A program made the position numbers and the translations under genes. Below are positions 53,698-64,000 of a DNA stretch of 64,000 bases, in pieces (position 1 is the stretch's first letter; every line of letters starts with the position of its first letter). The stretch spans positions 60,512,001 through 60,576,000 of the forward strand of contig OX597821.1 in the NCBI GenBank assembly GCA_951406725.2, read 5' to 3'. The notes under the pieces were generated by a model. That model had not been told where the DNA came from. It searched no databases and worked only from the letters and a program-made list of their open reading frames with translations. Source of the stretch: Octopus vulgaris (taxonomy: Eukaryota).

Positions 53698-54344
53698 CAT
53701 GGAACAAAGACGTAATAGAAGACAATGAAACATTCGGAAAGATAGACGATACAAAGGCGGACAGGAGAAACAACAATTAGAAAGATAGGTAAAAAGAGGC
53801 GGGTCATTCTTGGCCTTCTTTCTTCAGTCAAGTTATCAGAAGTCCTTACTGTTTCGGGCAGTTACACTTGAGACAATTCGATCTGGTTTCCCCACCAAAA
53901 TTCTAAGCTAAGAGCATTAGATTTTTTTGTAAGAATGCTAGCGAATGTGTACGGCAACAAAGACAAAAAATGGAGAACATGATATAAAATTACAAACAGC
54001 AAGAATATAACAACAGGTGTCTTTCGATTAAGAACGAATCAAATTGAGCTTGTGTGTATGAAGTGAAAGCCTAAAAGCAGAAACAGAGGAGATGGACATA
54101 AGTGGTGTTGGCGGTCGGCAGTAAGGCAAAGAAAGAAAGATCCTGGTTGGCCGGACACCGGTCACGTGGGAGGAGAGAGGGGTAGGGGCAGCGGGATTGA
54201 AGGATTACAAAAAATCAGAAACAAAGGAAAAGTTGCAAGGGAGATAAACGAGGAGGAAAAGTGGGAGTTAAAGAAAGGGCCAAGAAATGTGTGTGTGTGT
54301 GTGAGAGAGAGAGAGTGAGAGGAAGAGAGAGAGTGAGAGAGAGA

Positions 54345-55380
54345 CGAGGTAACACTGGACGGAAGGCGATAGCGATGGCGGTAACGGTGACGCATAAAGA
54401 CGGACGGCGGCCGGAGAAAGACGCAAAGAAGCCTACCGTGCAACGACAGTGGCCGTTCCCAGGCCGGTGTTTTAAATGTCAAGGGTCGCACATGGCGAGG
54501 GAGTGTACGCAACCGGGGCCCATCTACTATCGATGCAGGCAGACGGGGCACATCGCCCGTGATTGTGACCGGGGAAACGACCGTGGAGAAGTTCCTGCCT
54601 CTGGAACTTTCCCTGCAAACTAGTAGAGGCACTTTTGGAGACGCTGCCCGTTATTGATGTCGAGGCCGAGGAGAAGACGTTCAAGGCTCTCGTTGATACG
54701 GGTTGCACGACCACCCTCGTTACTCCAAGGGTTACAAAGAAATGGAATGGGGCGTCCGGGCGATCGACGGCAGCGAAATCTGATGCAAGAGCATCAACAA
54801 TGTTGAGATAGCGGTGCGAGGCGCGACGCTAGGGCTGCAGTTAATTATGATCGAACACGTGATAGACGGGATTGATGTGGTGGTGGAGATGGACGTCATC
54901 AACCGCCTCGGTGGTGTCAGTAATGCAGGAAATGAGGTCATGTTCAGAAGCGTGGGGGCGTCGTGCGCTGTGAGTCAGGATCGCAGAGAGAGCAAGCTCC
55001 ACGAGGGACTGCGCCGCTTACACAATTGAGGACAAGGATTTTCAGGCGGCGTTCGATGGTCAGCGGTGTACAATAGAGTGGTGATGGAAAGACGAGACCC
55101 CGATGCTGAAGAACAGGGTGAGCTGCTACCAGCGTACCCTGAAAGGTCATGGCAGGGTCGAGTTCAAAGACGAGGTAGAGAGATGAATCAAGGAAGGAGT
55201 CCTTGTCCCAAGGAAGGAGAAGGTGGTCAGCGAAGTGCTACCTCTGATGGCGATGGTGCAGCCGACGACCGGTGCTGGACTTTAGAGAACTGAACGAGCA
55301 TATATCGTGCCACACGGGAGGCGAGGCGACGGACGTTTGCGGCGAGACGTTACGTGTGTGGAGACAGTCGACCAAGGAAG
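54345..55380 (+). mobile_element. Gypsy LTR retrotransposon internal fragment (gag zinc knuckles, protease, start of RT), decayed
   Basis: CFKCQGSHMAREC and YRCRQTGHIARDC; FKALVDTGCTTTLV; LPLMAMVQP..PVLDFRELNEH. Confidence 0.85.
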
Positions 55381-55489
55381 CTCATAAGTTAAAAATTAAA
55401 GCAAATATACAGCGATACATATTCTTCTTTATACATTAGGATTGATAAATAAGCGTATATATTCTTCATTATTTGAAAAAAGCATTGGA

Positions 55490-55668
55490 AGGTGGCGAGC
55501 TGCCTGAAACATTAGCGATATTTCGTCTGTCTTTACGTTTTGAGTTCAAATTCCGCCGATATCGACCTTACCTTTCATCTTTTCGGTGTCGATAAAATAA
55601 GTACCAGGCGTGAACTGGGGGGTCAATGTAATCGTCTTAAGCTGGCCTTGGGCCTAAATTTGAAACCA
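55490..55668 (+). mobile_element. Meta-domain SINE (family A)
   Basis: Family motifs. Confidence 0.8.
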
Positions 55669-56047
55669 ATATGAAGGCGTTGGAAATTAATCGTAAAAGT
55701 GCTAGTATCTTACAACTGGAAAGAAATGGAGTTAAAAATATAATTCTACTGGTGTTTGAATAATGACTTGTATAAAAATAGTATACAAATTGTAATTGAA
55801 TATATTTACCTATGCTCGTGTTCCCTATCTCAGAATAGAATACTGTATTGTAGGAAATAGCGTGCTGTTGCAGTCTAAAATAAGCAATTAGGCAAATGAA
55901 GTACTTGCTCCATTAAAAAATTTCCTAAAATATCGTCGAAATAAGCGAAACTATAATTACACGCCATTAAATCAATTTTGAGGAATAAAGGTTGAGTTAA
56001 TGCATAAGCATGTGTGCATATATATATATACATGTACATGTATCTAC

Positions 56048-56121
<74 letters not shown>

Positions 56122-56277
56122 GTTATATATGTACACATATACATTTGTACATTTATATACATGCAAATATAAAAATATATATATATGTGACAGCAGATAC
56201 ATACATACAAACATACATACATACATATATATATATATAAATATATATATATGCACACACACATACACACACACACA

Positions 56278-56318
<41 letters not shown>

Positions 56319-56370
56319 GCACATATCTACAAAGTATATAATTTTATAAATATAATCATAAAATATAATT

Positions 56371-56579
56371 ATAAGGGAAACTCTCAGGTCATGCCACATG
56401 CTAGAAAAAGACGCCAAACAGCCCTAAAACTACTTTATCACAGAGGAATAAACTCCCCCCCCCCCAAGTTTTTGTTTATTCCCTCGCCTTCAAGTCGTGT
56501 CTATGTAATAAATAAAGTAGTTTTAGAGCATTTTGGCGTCCTCTTCTAGCATGTGGCACTACTTGGTAGTTGCCCTTAT
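56371..56579. repeat. Imperfect fold-back element in TA-rich context
   Basis: ataagggaaact..tgccacatgctagaa..aaaactacttta / taaagtagtttt..ttctagcatgtggca..gttgcccttat. Confidence 0.8.
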
Positions 56580-56607
56580 TATAATTATATAATTATATTT
56601 ATAATAC

Positions 56608-56818
56608 TCTCAGATGCAGCACGGAATTTTGTCATTGAACAGGTCGCGGTCTCAAAGCGACGAAAATATTTTGGTAAATTAAATTTATATGTTGAAGTGA
56701 ATCTAACGGTTTTTGTATGTTTCTTAAATGGCTTATAAACACCTTCCACGCTGCAATTGTTTTCCTTCCAGCACACGATTTCAGATCAGGTCACTTGCTA
56801 TGCAAGTACATCTCTGTA
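56608..56818 (+). mobile_element. Penelope-like terminal repeat with degenerate hammerhead; inverted copy at 60121-60327
   Basis: About 210-bp inverted homology; motif tttgtca ttgaaca g gtcgc..gcgac gaa aatatt t tggtaaa. Confidence 0.7.
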
Positions 56819-56907
56819 ATACTTTGTATCAATTTTCATTTAAAATGGTATATTATATGCTAGCTACTTGATAAAATCCTATATAGATTTCATCCTTGAT
56901 TATAATT

Positions 56908-56947
<40 letters not shown>

Positions 56948-57781
56948 GGTATGTAGAAAAATACAACATGGACAAGAACGTATAACTCTTAGAAGACGAC
57001 ACAATAAACACGGACAGGACATTCGAAACCCTCAGTCTTCAGTCAAGAACCGGATCATCGTAGTAATTTCGGCTGATTAATCTTGAGATTACTAGATCAC
57101 GGCCAGCCCTCCAAGAAAAACCAAGCAACGAGCATTAGAAAAACTAAGCTGGAAGCGTAGATTTCCTGGAAGAAGGATCGAAATATATGTATATGTATGA
57201 AAATTTTTACCCCTTTACTCCCTCCCCTCACTTAGCGGCGAACCCTGATGTATTCCTTCACCACAACTTTCTCTCTTTCTTCCTGTTTCTGTGGTCACGC
57301 TCAAACTCCCCGAGAACTACGTCAAGGGTACACGTGTCAGTGGAGTGCTCAGCCACTTGCACGAGCAGGCTCTTCTGTTGATCGGTTCAAGTGGAACCCT
57401 CGTACTCCTTTGTCTTTAACAAATCTTATATTATTTATTATCACACAATGCTTCACCCAATCTATTTTGTTCTAATATATTTATATAATTATCAAATTAT
57501 AAAAGCATAAGATTTCAAAGTTATCAAGTGAATTGCGTCGTATTATGAGTATCACGTAATTTTCAGTATTATATTCTTCTTCTCTCCCTTTAACTCCTAC
57601 TCTCTCTCTCAAGCTCTCTCTCTCCCTCTCTCCCTCTCTCTCTTCCTTTCTCCCTCTCTCTCTTACTCTCTCAATCTTTCACTACCCAATATACGACCAA
57701 CTAAAACCAGCCAGTTTATCTGGATCTCTTTATGGATAAAAATGTATTTTAATTGCAATTGATTACTTTATAACATTATAG

Positions 57782-57814
57782 CAGGAACCGTTGAAAGCAA
57801 ACGATTGGGCAAAC
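57782..57814 (+). CDS. Candidate 33-nt phase 1-1 micro-exon (xGTVESKRLGK)
   Basis: acattatag| ... aaac|GTAAGT; open and frame-preserving between 49126 and 59790. Confidence 0.4.
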
Positions 57815-57949
57815 GTAAGTACACCACAACATTTTGTTTTAATCATTTGATATTTAATTGCTATCCCATAATTCTAGTTTTTTTTTTACTCAAAAGAAAC
57901 ATTTCTATTTATTCAGCCAATGACCTTGTAGCTGTCCCAGTTGACTAAA

Positions 57950-58950
57950 TGGTAAAACAGTGGCAGACTACGAAAGGTCTAGATTTCAAGACACTGATGC
58001 AATACAGTAATGTGATGGCAAAATAGGTTATTCAGGCAATCTAACAGATTTAATGGTTGAAATGGAAAGTTCTAAAGGAACTAAAACTAATTCAGACTAC
58101 TGGACTTGAAAAATTGCTTTATATAATGATGCGAGCATATTGTGCAGATAGAACAAAAATTACCAACACTGCTAGAAAAACAATGATAAAAAATAATTTA
58201 TCCAGTAGTGTCCATGTTCACTTACATGAAAAAGAAGGAAGGCAAAATATTACTTTGGTGTGGAAAAAGTTGCTTGAAATGTCCAAGGGATTTATCAAAA
58301 ATCTCCTCTCCTCATTTGGGATTATTTTAGATCTCATAAACCGGGGGGAAAAAAAAGGAAATAGCTAATGAGCTAGCAACACAAATGACTATTAATACCT
58401 GACAGTTTAATAAGTCAACCGCAACCACTCGATGCTTCAATCAGCAAACTCCTCTAAGGCTTTATGAGAGGAAAGGAACAATTAGGTGCACCAGGAAGAT
58501 GTTGCTATGGCCACTAGTGGACGAAGGAATAGACTAGAACTTGCTCAGGAGTGAATGTTGGGGAAGAGTTCGTGAGGGAAAAATAAGTGATTTAGTGATT
58601 AGGTCTTTTAAGAAATGTATCAGAAACGCAATGGATGGAACCGAGGGTTATATTCTCTTTGATCAGGATATATGATCCAATAATAAAACGATGGATTCCT
58701 TTCCAAGAGAAACTGAAAGCAATAATGATCTTGTGGGTTTTGAACCAAACTAAATAACCGTAAACCTTTTAAATTGACGGTGACTTTCTTATTTTGATGT
58801 TTTGAGCTCTACTGTATTTATAGTATCAAATCGTAATTTTGTACAAGAAAAATATATCAAATACCACTGTAGCTTTTCCTTTCAAAACTTTGTCTTCAAA
58901 ATAAGGGTGCGATTTATACACCACTGCATCATATATTCCGAAAAAATATT
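57950..58950 (+). mobile_element. Decayed pogo/Tigger-like transposon (DDE_1 transposase)
   Basis: CADRTK, LIPDSLISQPQPLDASISK, LVIRSFKKC..NAMDGTE resemble pogo motifs; Tc1/pogo-like end at about 58900-58950. Confidence 0.65.
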
Positions 58951-59789
58951 GTGTAACGCATAGGTATCCAATTGAAGACAGCTATATCTATCCAGCTGAA
59001 GCTGAAATGATACATATTATTTGTCTGACATCTGTCATATTAAAACCCAATACAACGTCAATGCAATTTTGCACGCTTTGTCGTCTGAGAATCTATTAGC
59101 TTTACCTTCATATAACAGCGTATAACTTTACAACATTTGATAGTTTTGTAAATGACTGGTAATTTACTTTACTACTTCTTTACCGGATTTCTTTGAATAA
59201 TACTATTCTAAATAAAATATCTATAAATTTATCGTAATCCAATATAAATGTTTTCCATATCAACAAACACTATAACAACATTATCCTAAAAATATTATCA
59301 CTTTTGCTCAACATTGTCAAAAACTGCATCTACATATCACGTCTACAACTCACCTGCATAAAGAAAAAACTTTCACTAACAAAATCAATTTTGTGGGGTA
59401 AGATTAATACGAGAATGTCTAATGTATCAGTAAACTAAAAAAAGCGATTAATGATAATTATTTTAGACAGTATTCGTATACGGTTTAATTTATTTGAAAT
59501 AACACGAAATAAAAAAGTTTCGACGGAAATGTACTGATTGGGTAATGTGTCAAAGTGTGCAGGTTTATGAAATTCTGTTATAATACGGATGTTGCTTTGT
59601 ATTCCATCAGAATGACAACCCCATCTTACTGATTATAATAAATAAGAACTGTCGAATACGTCGGCTATAAACTTTGTGATATTATCAATCTAACAAGATT
59701 ACAAAATAAATATTTTATAGCAATAATAATGAATTGTAAATCCTAATTGCAATTATTTTTTTAATTTTGTATTTTTTTATTTCCAAAAG

Positions 59790-59981
59790 ATCCTTGCCTA
59801 TGGTTGCCAGATGGTTATATATTTCCCATGGAGAACAATTGCGCAGGATATTGGATATGCTATAAAAAACAACAAATAGGGAAATGCTGTGCTGTTCAGC
59901 AATCTTTTCTTGTCGGCAAAGGATGTGTACCAGATTTCCGTTGTTTTCACAGCTGTCAGTCTGCAACAACTGGAGGAAATG
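59790..59981 (+). CDS. Exon encoding a chitin-binding type 2 (ChtBD2/CBM14-like) domain, Pif/BMSP-like
   Basis: Pyrimidine-rich acceptor ttttatttccaaaag|, 192 nt phase 1-1, donor G|GTATGC; PCLWLPDGYIFPMENNCAGYWICYKKQQIGKCCAVQQSFLVGKGCVPDFRCFHSC. Confidence 0.8.
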
Positions 59982-60259
59982 GTATGCGATATTTATGTAG
60001 TAAATAATTATATTAGAGGAGATCAAATCTGAATACTGAGGCAATTTTAAGAATGATGTACACACATACAGATAATCGTGAGAATGATGTATGTATATAT
60101 ATATATATATATTTTTTTTTACGGAGATGTACTCGCATAGCAAGTAATTTGATCTGAGATCGTGTGCTGAAACGAAAACAATTGCAGCGTGGAAGGTGTT
60201 TATAAGCCATTTAAGAAACACACAAAAGCCGTTCGATTCACTTCAACAGTTAAGTTTAA

Positions 60260-60309
60260 TTTGTCAAAATATTTTCGTCGCTAAAATCCGCGACCTGTTC
60301 ACTGACAAA
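60260..60309 (-). ncRNA. Minimal type I hammerhead-like ribozyme with G3:C8 swapped core
   Basis: Minus strand: tttgtca GTGAACA g gtcgc-ggatttta-gcgac GAA AATATT T tgacaaa. Confidence 0.6.
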
Positions 60310-61504
60310 GTCCGTGCTGCATCTAAGAAAGTAACAGTTAGTTCTTCATATATATGTACGTATGTATGTGTGTATGTATGCATACATGTGTGTATGTATG
60401 TACGTATGCATGTACGCACATACGCCTGTGTATGTATGTATGTATGTATGTATGTATGTATGTATGTATGTATGTATGTATGTATGTATGTGTGTGTATA
60501 TGCACGCACATACACTCTATAAAACATAAAGCTATAAACCTGTAGCGATGGATGGATGTAGAGTGACCACTCATCACAAAGCTACCAAATTTCAACTTCC
60601 TACGGCCGAAGCTAGAAAGTGATTTATGACGCTTACTCCCAAAACTATACCCTAAAATCTATTATCAGATTTTTATCTCAATGTCACAGAACTATTGTTT
60701 TACTATTGTGCGTATGTATGTATGTATGTATGTATGTATGTATGTATGTATGTATGTATGTATGTATGTATGTATGTATGTATGTATGTGTGTATGTATG
60801 TGTGTATGTACATACGTACGCATGTGCGTATGTATGTATACGCGCTCGTGTGCATGTGCCCATGTATGTGTGTGCGTACATGTACGTGCGTATGTACGTG
60901 TGTATGCCCATACGTAGGTATGTACGTATGTTTGTATTCATGTGCTACGTATGTATGTGAGTGTCTAGGAGAATGGGCAGATGTGTCTGTGAGAGTGTGT
61001 ACATGTGTATGTGTATGTGAACGTATGTCCGTGTACTGGCATGTGTCCGTCCAAGTTGTGTACATGACTGTTACTTTGCTGAAGGTTGTATACATATTTA
61101 CATATATGTTTGTATAGACGCACACACACATATATATATGTGTGTGGGTGTGTGTTTGTTCCTCTTAACTTCTCAATATTCTGGACGTTACAAAAGCCAC
61201 CAATATCAGTAACATACGAATACATTTCTATCAGTTGTTCTTATTTGCCCCAAACGTCCGTGATTCAGGTCTATGGCCTCAGGGTAACTGTTTTCATTCC
61301 CCCCACCAGTTACAAAGGCCCTGAAAGGAGTCAAGGATGATTTCTTTCTTTTGATCGAAGCCACAAAAGGGCCATTATATTGCTTCTAAATATAGTCCAA
61401 CGGTGGCCAAATTGTGGCTTGCAAAGCAACCATGTGAGACTTATGCAATAATATTGGGCTAATGTGCTATTTTTCTTAAAACAGCTTTCAAATTTTAAAT
61501 ATTG

Positions 61505-61635
61505 GCTTCAAATTTTGGCACAAAGTCAGCAATTTCTTGACTGGTTCTTCTTTTATCGACCCTGAAAGGATGAAAGGCAAAGTCGACCTCGGCTGAATTT
61601 GAACTCTGACGGACGAAATGCTGCTACCAGCACGC
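61505..61635 (-). mobile_element. Family A SINE fragment
   Basis: atcgaccctgaaaggatgaaaggcaaagtcgacctcgg. Confidence 0.75.
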
Positions 61636-62184
61636 CATTTAGTTGGATTTGAAATGTTAACTACAAAAATAAAACTCAATATAAATGTTCAGCGTGCTAT
61701 GGTTAATCTACTTTAGTGGGTAAAAAAACTATGTTGCGTTATATTTTCTTATTTGTAAAGATAAATTAGAAAGTATTTGCTGGTCTCTTTACTTAAAGAA
61801 AAAAATATTATGTGCAGTAGCTCTTATGAAAACATTTAGTCACCTCTGTTAAAATCACAGTATGTCGATATATGAACTTAAAAGTCTTTCCTTTACAGGG
61901 ATAGAGCTGTTAGAATCGAAAGCAGGTCGGACAAAATGCTTAGTGGCATTTCTTCTAACTCGTTACATTCTAAGTTCATATCCCACTGCGGCCATCTTAG
62001 CCTTTTAGGGTTGACAAAATAAGTACCAGGGAAGAGCTGAAGGTCATTGTACTCAACTTGTCCCCTCCCGTCAAAGTTACATGCGTTCCGTTCAAAGTCA
62101 TGTTGCGATTTCGGTCAGTCGTACGCTAGGGAAGCCGGGTAACCGGTTTTATGGGTCCTAGACTAGAACCCCTTCCCTTTACAC

Positions 62185-62463
62185 CAGTAGTTTCCAAAAT
62201 GGGCAGTGGAAAGATCCAGGGTGCGCTGAAGAAAAGTGGGATGATAATGGCGTGGCCAAAATGGGATGACCGATGTAAAAAATTAAATATTAATAAGTTA
62301 ATTAGGTCTAAGTTTTATTTGTGAAATACAGTTGTTTCGAATTTGCTGCAGAAAGTGGGTTATATTTGTGGCAGGGAGGGTGAGTGGGCGCTAGGAATGT
62401 GGCCTGGGTGCTACGGATGGTGGTGGGGGTTAGTGGCAGCCCAAACAAGTTTGGGAGCCACTG
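62185..62463. mobile_element. hAT MITE
   Basis: cagtagtttccaaa / tttgggagccactg termini; 8-bp TSD ctttacac/ctttacat. Confidence 0.7.
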
Positions 62464-63015
62464 CTTTACATCATTCGTAGCTGTCTCAGCAGGAAAGATG
62501 CACAATTTCTTCTATGCAAATAATGACCGACACACTAACTACAGCTGTTAATTTTCGACTTTGATAGAGACCACTGTTTCGTTAAATGAAAGAAAGAATA
62601 TAGTGAAACGAATAGATTTTACAAAAAGCATGACATGTATTTTACAAACCTTGGCTTGATGAAAGTCAAAGTCGAGCCGAGTTATAAATATAAACTTACA
62701 ACATAAAGTGACAAAATTAGATAATCTAAGACACTTATTCATTTGATATCTTCTACCACTCTCATAGACACGGCTAGTGTGAAATATTGACGCCAAGAAC
62801 AATACTAGTCTCTCTAAATAGAAACATAATATTCTCTCTTATATTTGAGGTCTATCAGATTCTGAATAGAAACTCGTGTGTGTCTCAGTGTTTAAAAAGC
62901 TCGATTTGCAATCATGAATATTTATGCGGATGTATCATTGCGTTTTATCTCAGTTATTTCTTTTCTCCCTCACACTTCCTTTTTCATACGCACTCACTTA
63001 TTCACTCACTCTTTC

Positions 63016-63059
<44 letters not shown>

Positions 63060-63299
63060 ACACACCCACATGCGTATATGTATATTTATACGCATATACA
63101 AATATATACAGACACAAACAAGTAAAAACACATACATTATACACCGTTTTTATTTGTCGAACTCGAGGTAGATAAAGCTATAAATAATAGCATATAAATA
63201 TTGGATTAAAAAATCGTTTGAATAGAAAAATTCAAAGGCTGTCCGTTTGAATCGAATGGTCATCTTCTGAAAGCACGACTGGCGTTCTACTCTTGGACC

Positions 63300-63720
63300 A
63301 AAACAACCTTTAGAAATTCTCCATCCATTTTAGAACCTCATTTCTTATCAGCGAGATGGTATAAATATTCCCTACAAGACCGCCTATAATGGAGAGTGGA
63401 TGGTTGGACATAGCGTTAATATATTTAAGGCTAAAATTTGGTTCGTGGAAAGGCTCGTAAAGACCAGTGTCAAGGCTAAGTGTGGCATCAAGGAAGTTAA
63501 TTTTACGGCATTCACTTTCCATTGTTATGGTTAATCGTATATTCTTAAATAGTTTAAAAAGTTTCTCCTCAGCTCGTTCAAGTTTTATATTAATGCAACA
63601 GTTAAAAAAGAAAAGAACGTCGTCTCTATATAATCCTCCTCCGATCTCAAGGAGGGGATTCTGGATCAGGGATAGGATGTAGACACGAATTATTACAATG
63701 ATGTTTGCTAAGTATCTCTG
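63300..63720 (-). mobile_element. Penelope-like element RT fragment
   Basis: GGLYRDD..KINFLDATLSLDTGLYEPFHEPN..YINAMSNHP. Confidence 0.85.
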
Positions 63721-63838
63721 ATGATGCCTGGTAGCCATAAGTGGTGAAAGTGGTCCGCGGACACACGACCTGGGACTGACCCTGAAATAAGGTTTCGATA
63801 CTGTGTTTAACACGTATTTTCATAACCTTAATTCTTTA

Positions 63839-63873
<35 letters not shown>

Positions 63874-64000
63874 CAAATAAGAAAATGGAGAAAAAATTTA
63901 GTTGGTTTATCAGCTTTAGGATATTAGAATGTTTACTTATTTATTTGTATACTTATTTATCTAACTTACTTGGTGTTATATATATATATATATATATATA

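Noticed and set aside
59150-59340. Possible Penelope RT relic
   Set aside because: Similarity too weak to support by eye

Overview
AT-rich, microsatellite-saturated eukaryotic DNA, most likely from an Octopus (coleoid cephalopod) genome. That assignment is inferred from the repeat families: tRNA-headed Meta-domain and CORE-type SINEs, L1-Tx1, RTE, CR1/L2, R4/Dong, Penelope-like, Gypsy, mariner, pogo, hAT MITEs, Chapaev3 and Helentron-type elements. Almost all ORFs in the supplied track are microsatellite artefacts or transposon relics. A probable + strand host gene is hidden in the repeats: a signal-peptide exon (49048-49126), a possible 33-nt micro-exon (57782-57814) and a 192-nt phase 1-1 exon encoding a Pif/BMSP-type chitin-binding (ChtBD2/CBM14-like) domain (59790-59981); it probably continues beyond the window. 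The most unusual signals are (i) minimal type I hammerhead ribozyme folds in Penelope-like pieces next to (TA)n, including one with a compensatory G3:C8 swap in the catalytic core, and (ii) a recurrent class of fold-back palindromes embedded in TA-rich microsatellites. Also present are a near-complete Chapaev3 transposon nested in an R4/Dong endonuclease fragment and modular or chimeric SINEs. All calls are by eye and most element boundaries are approximate.
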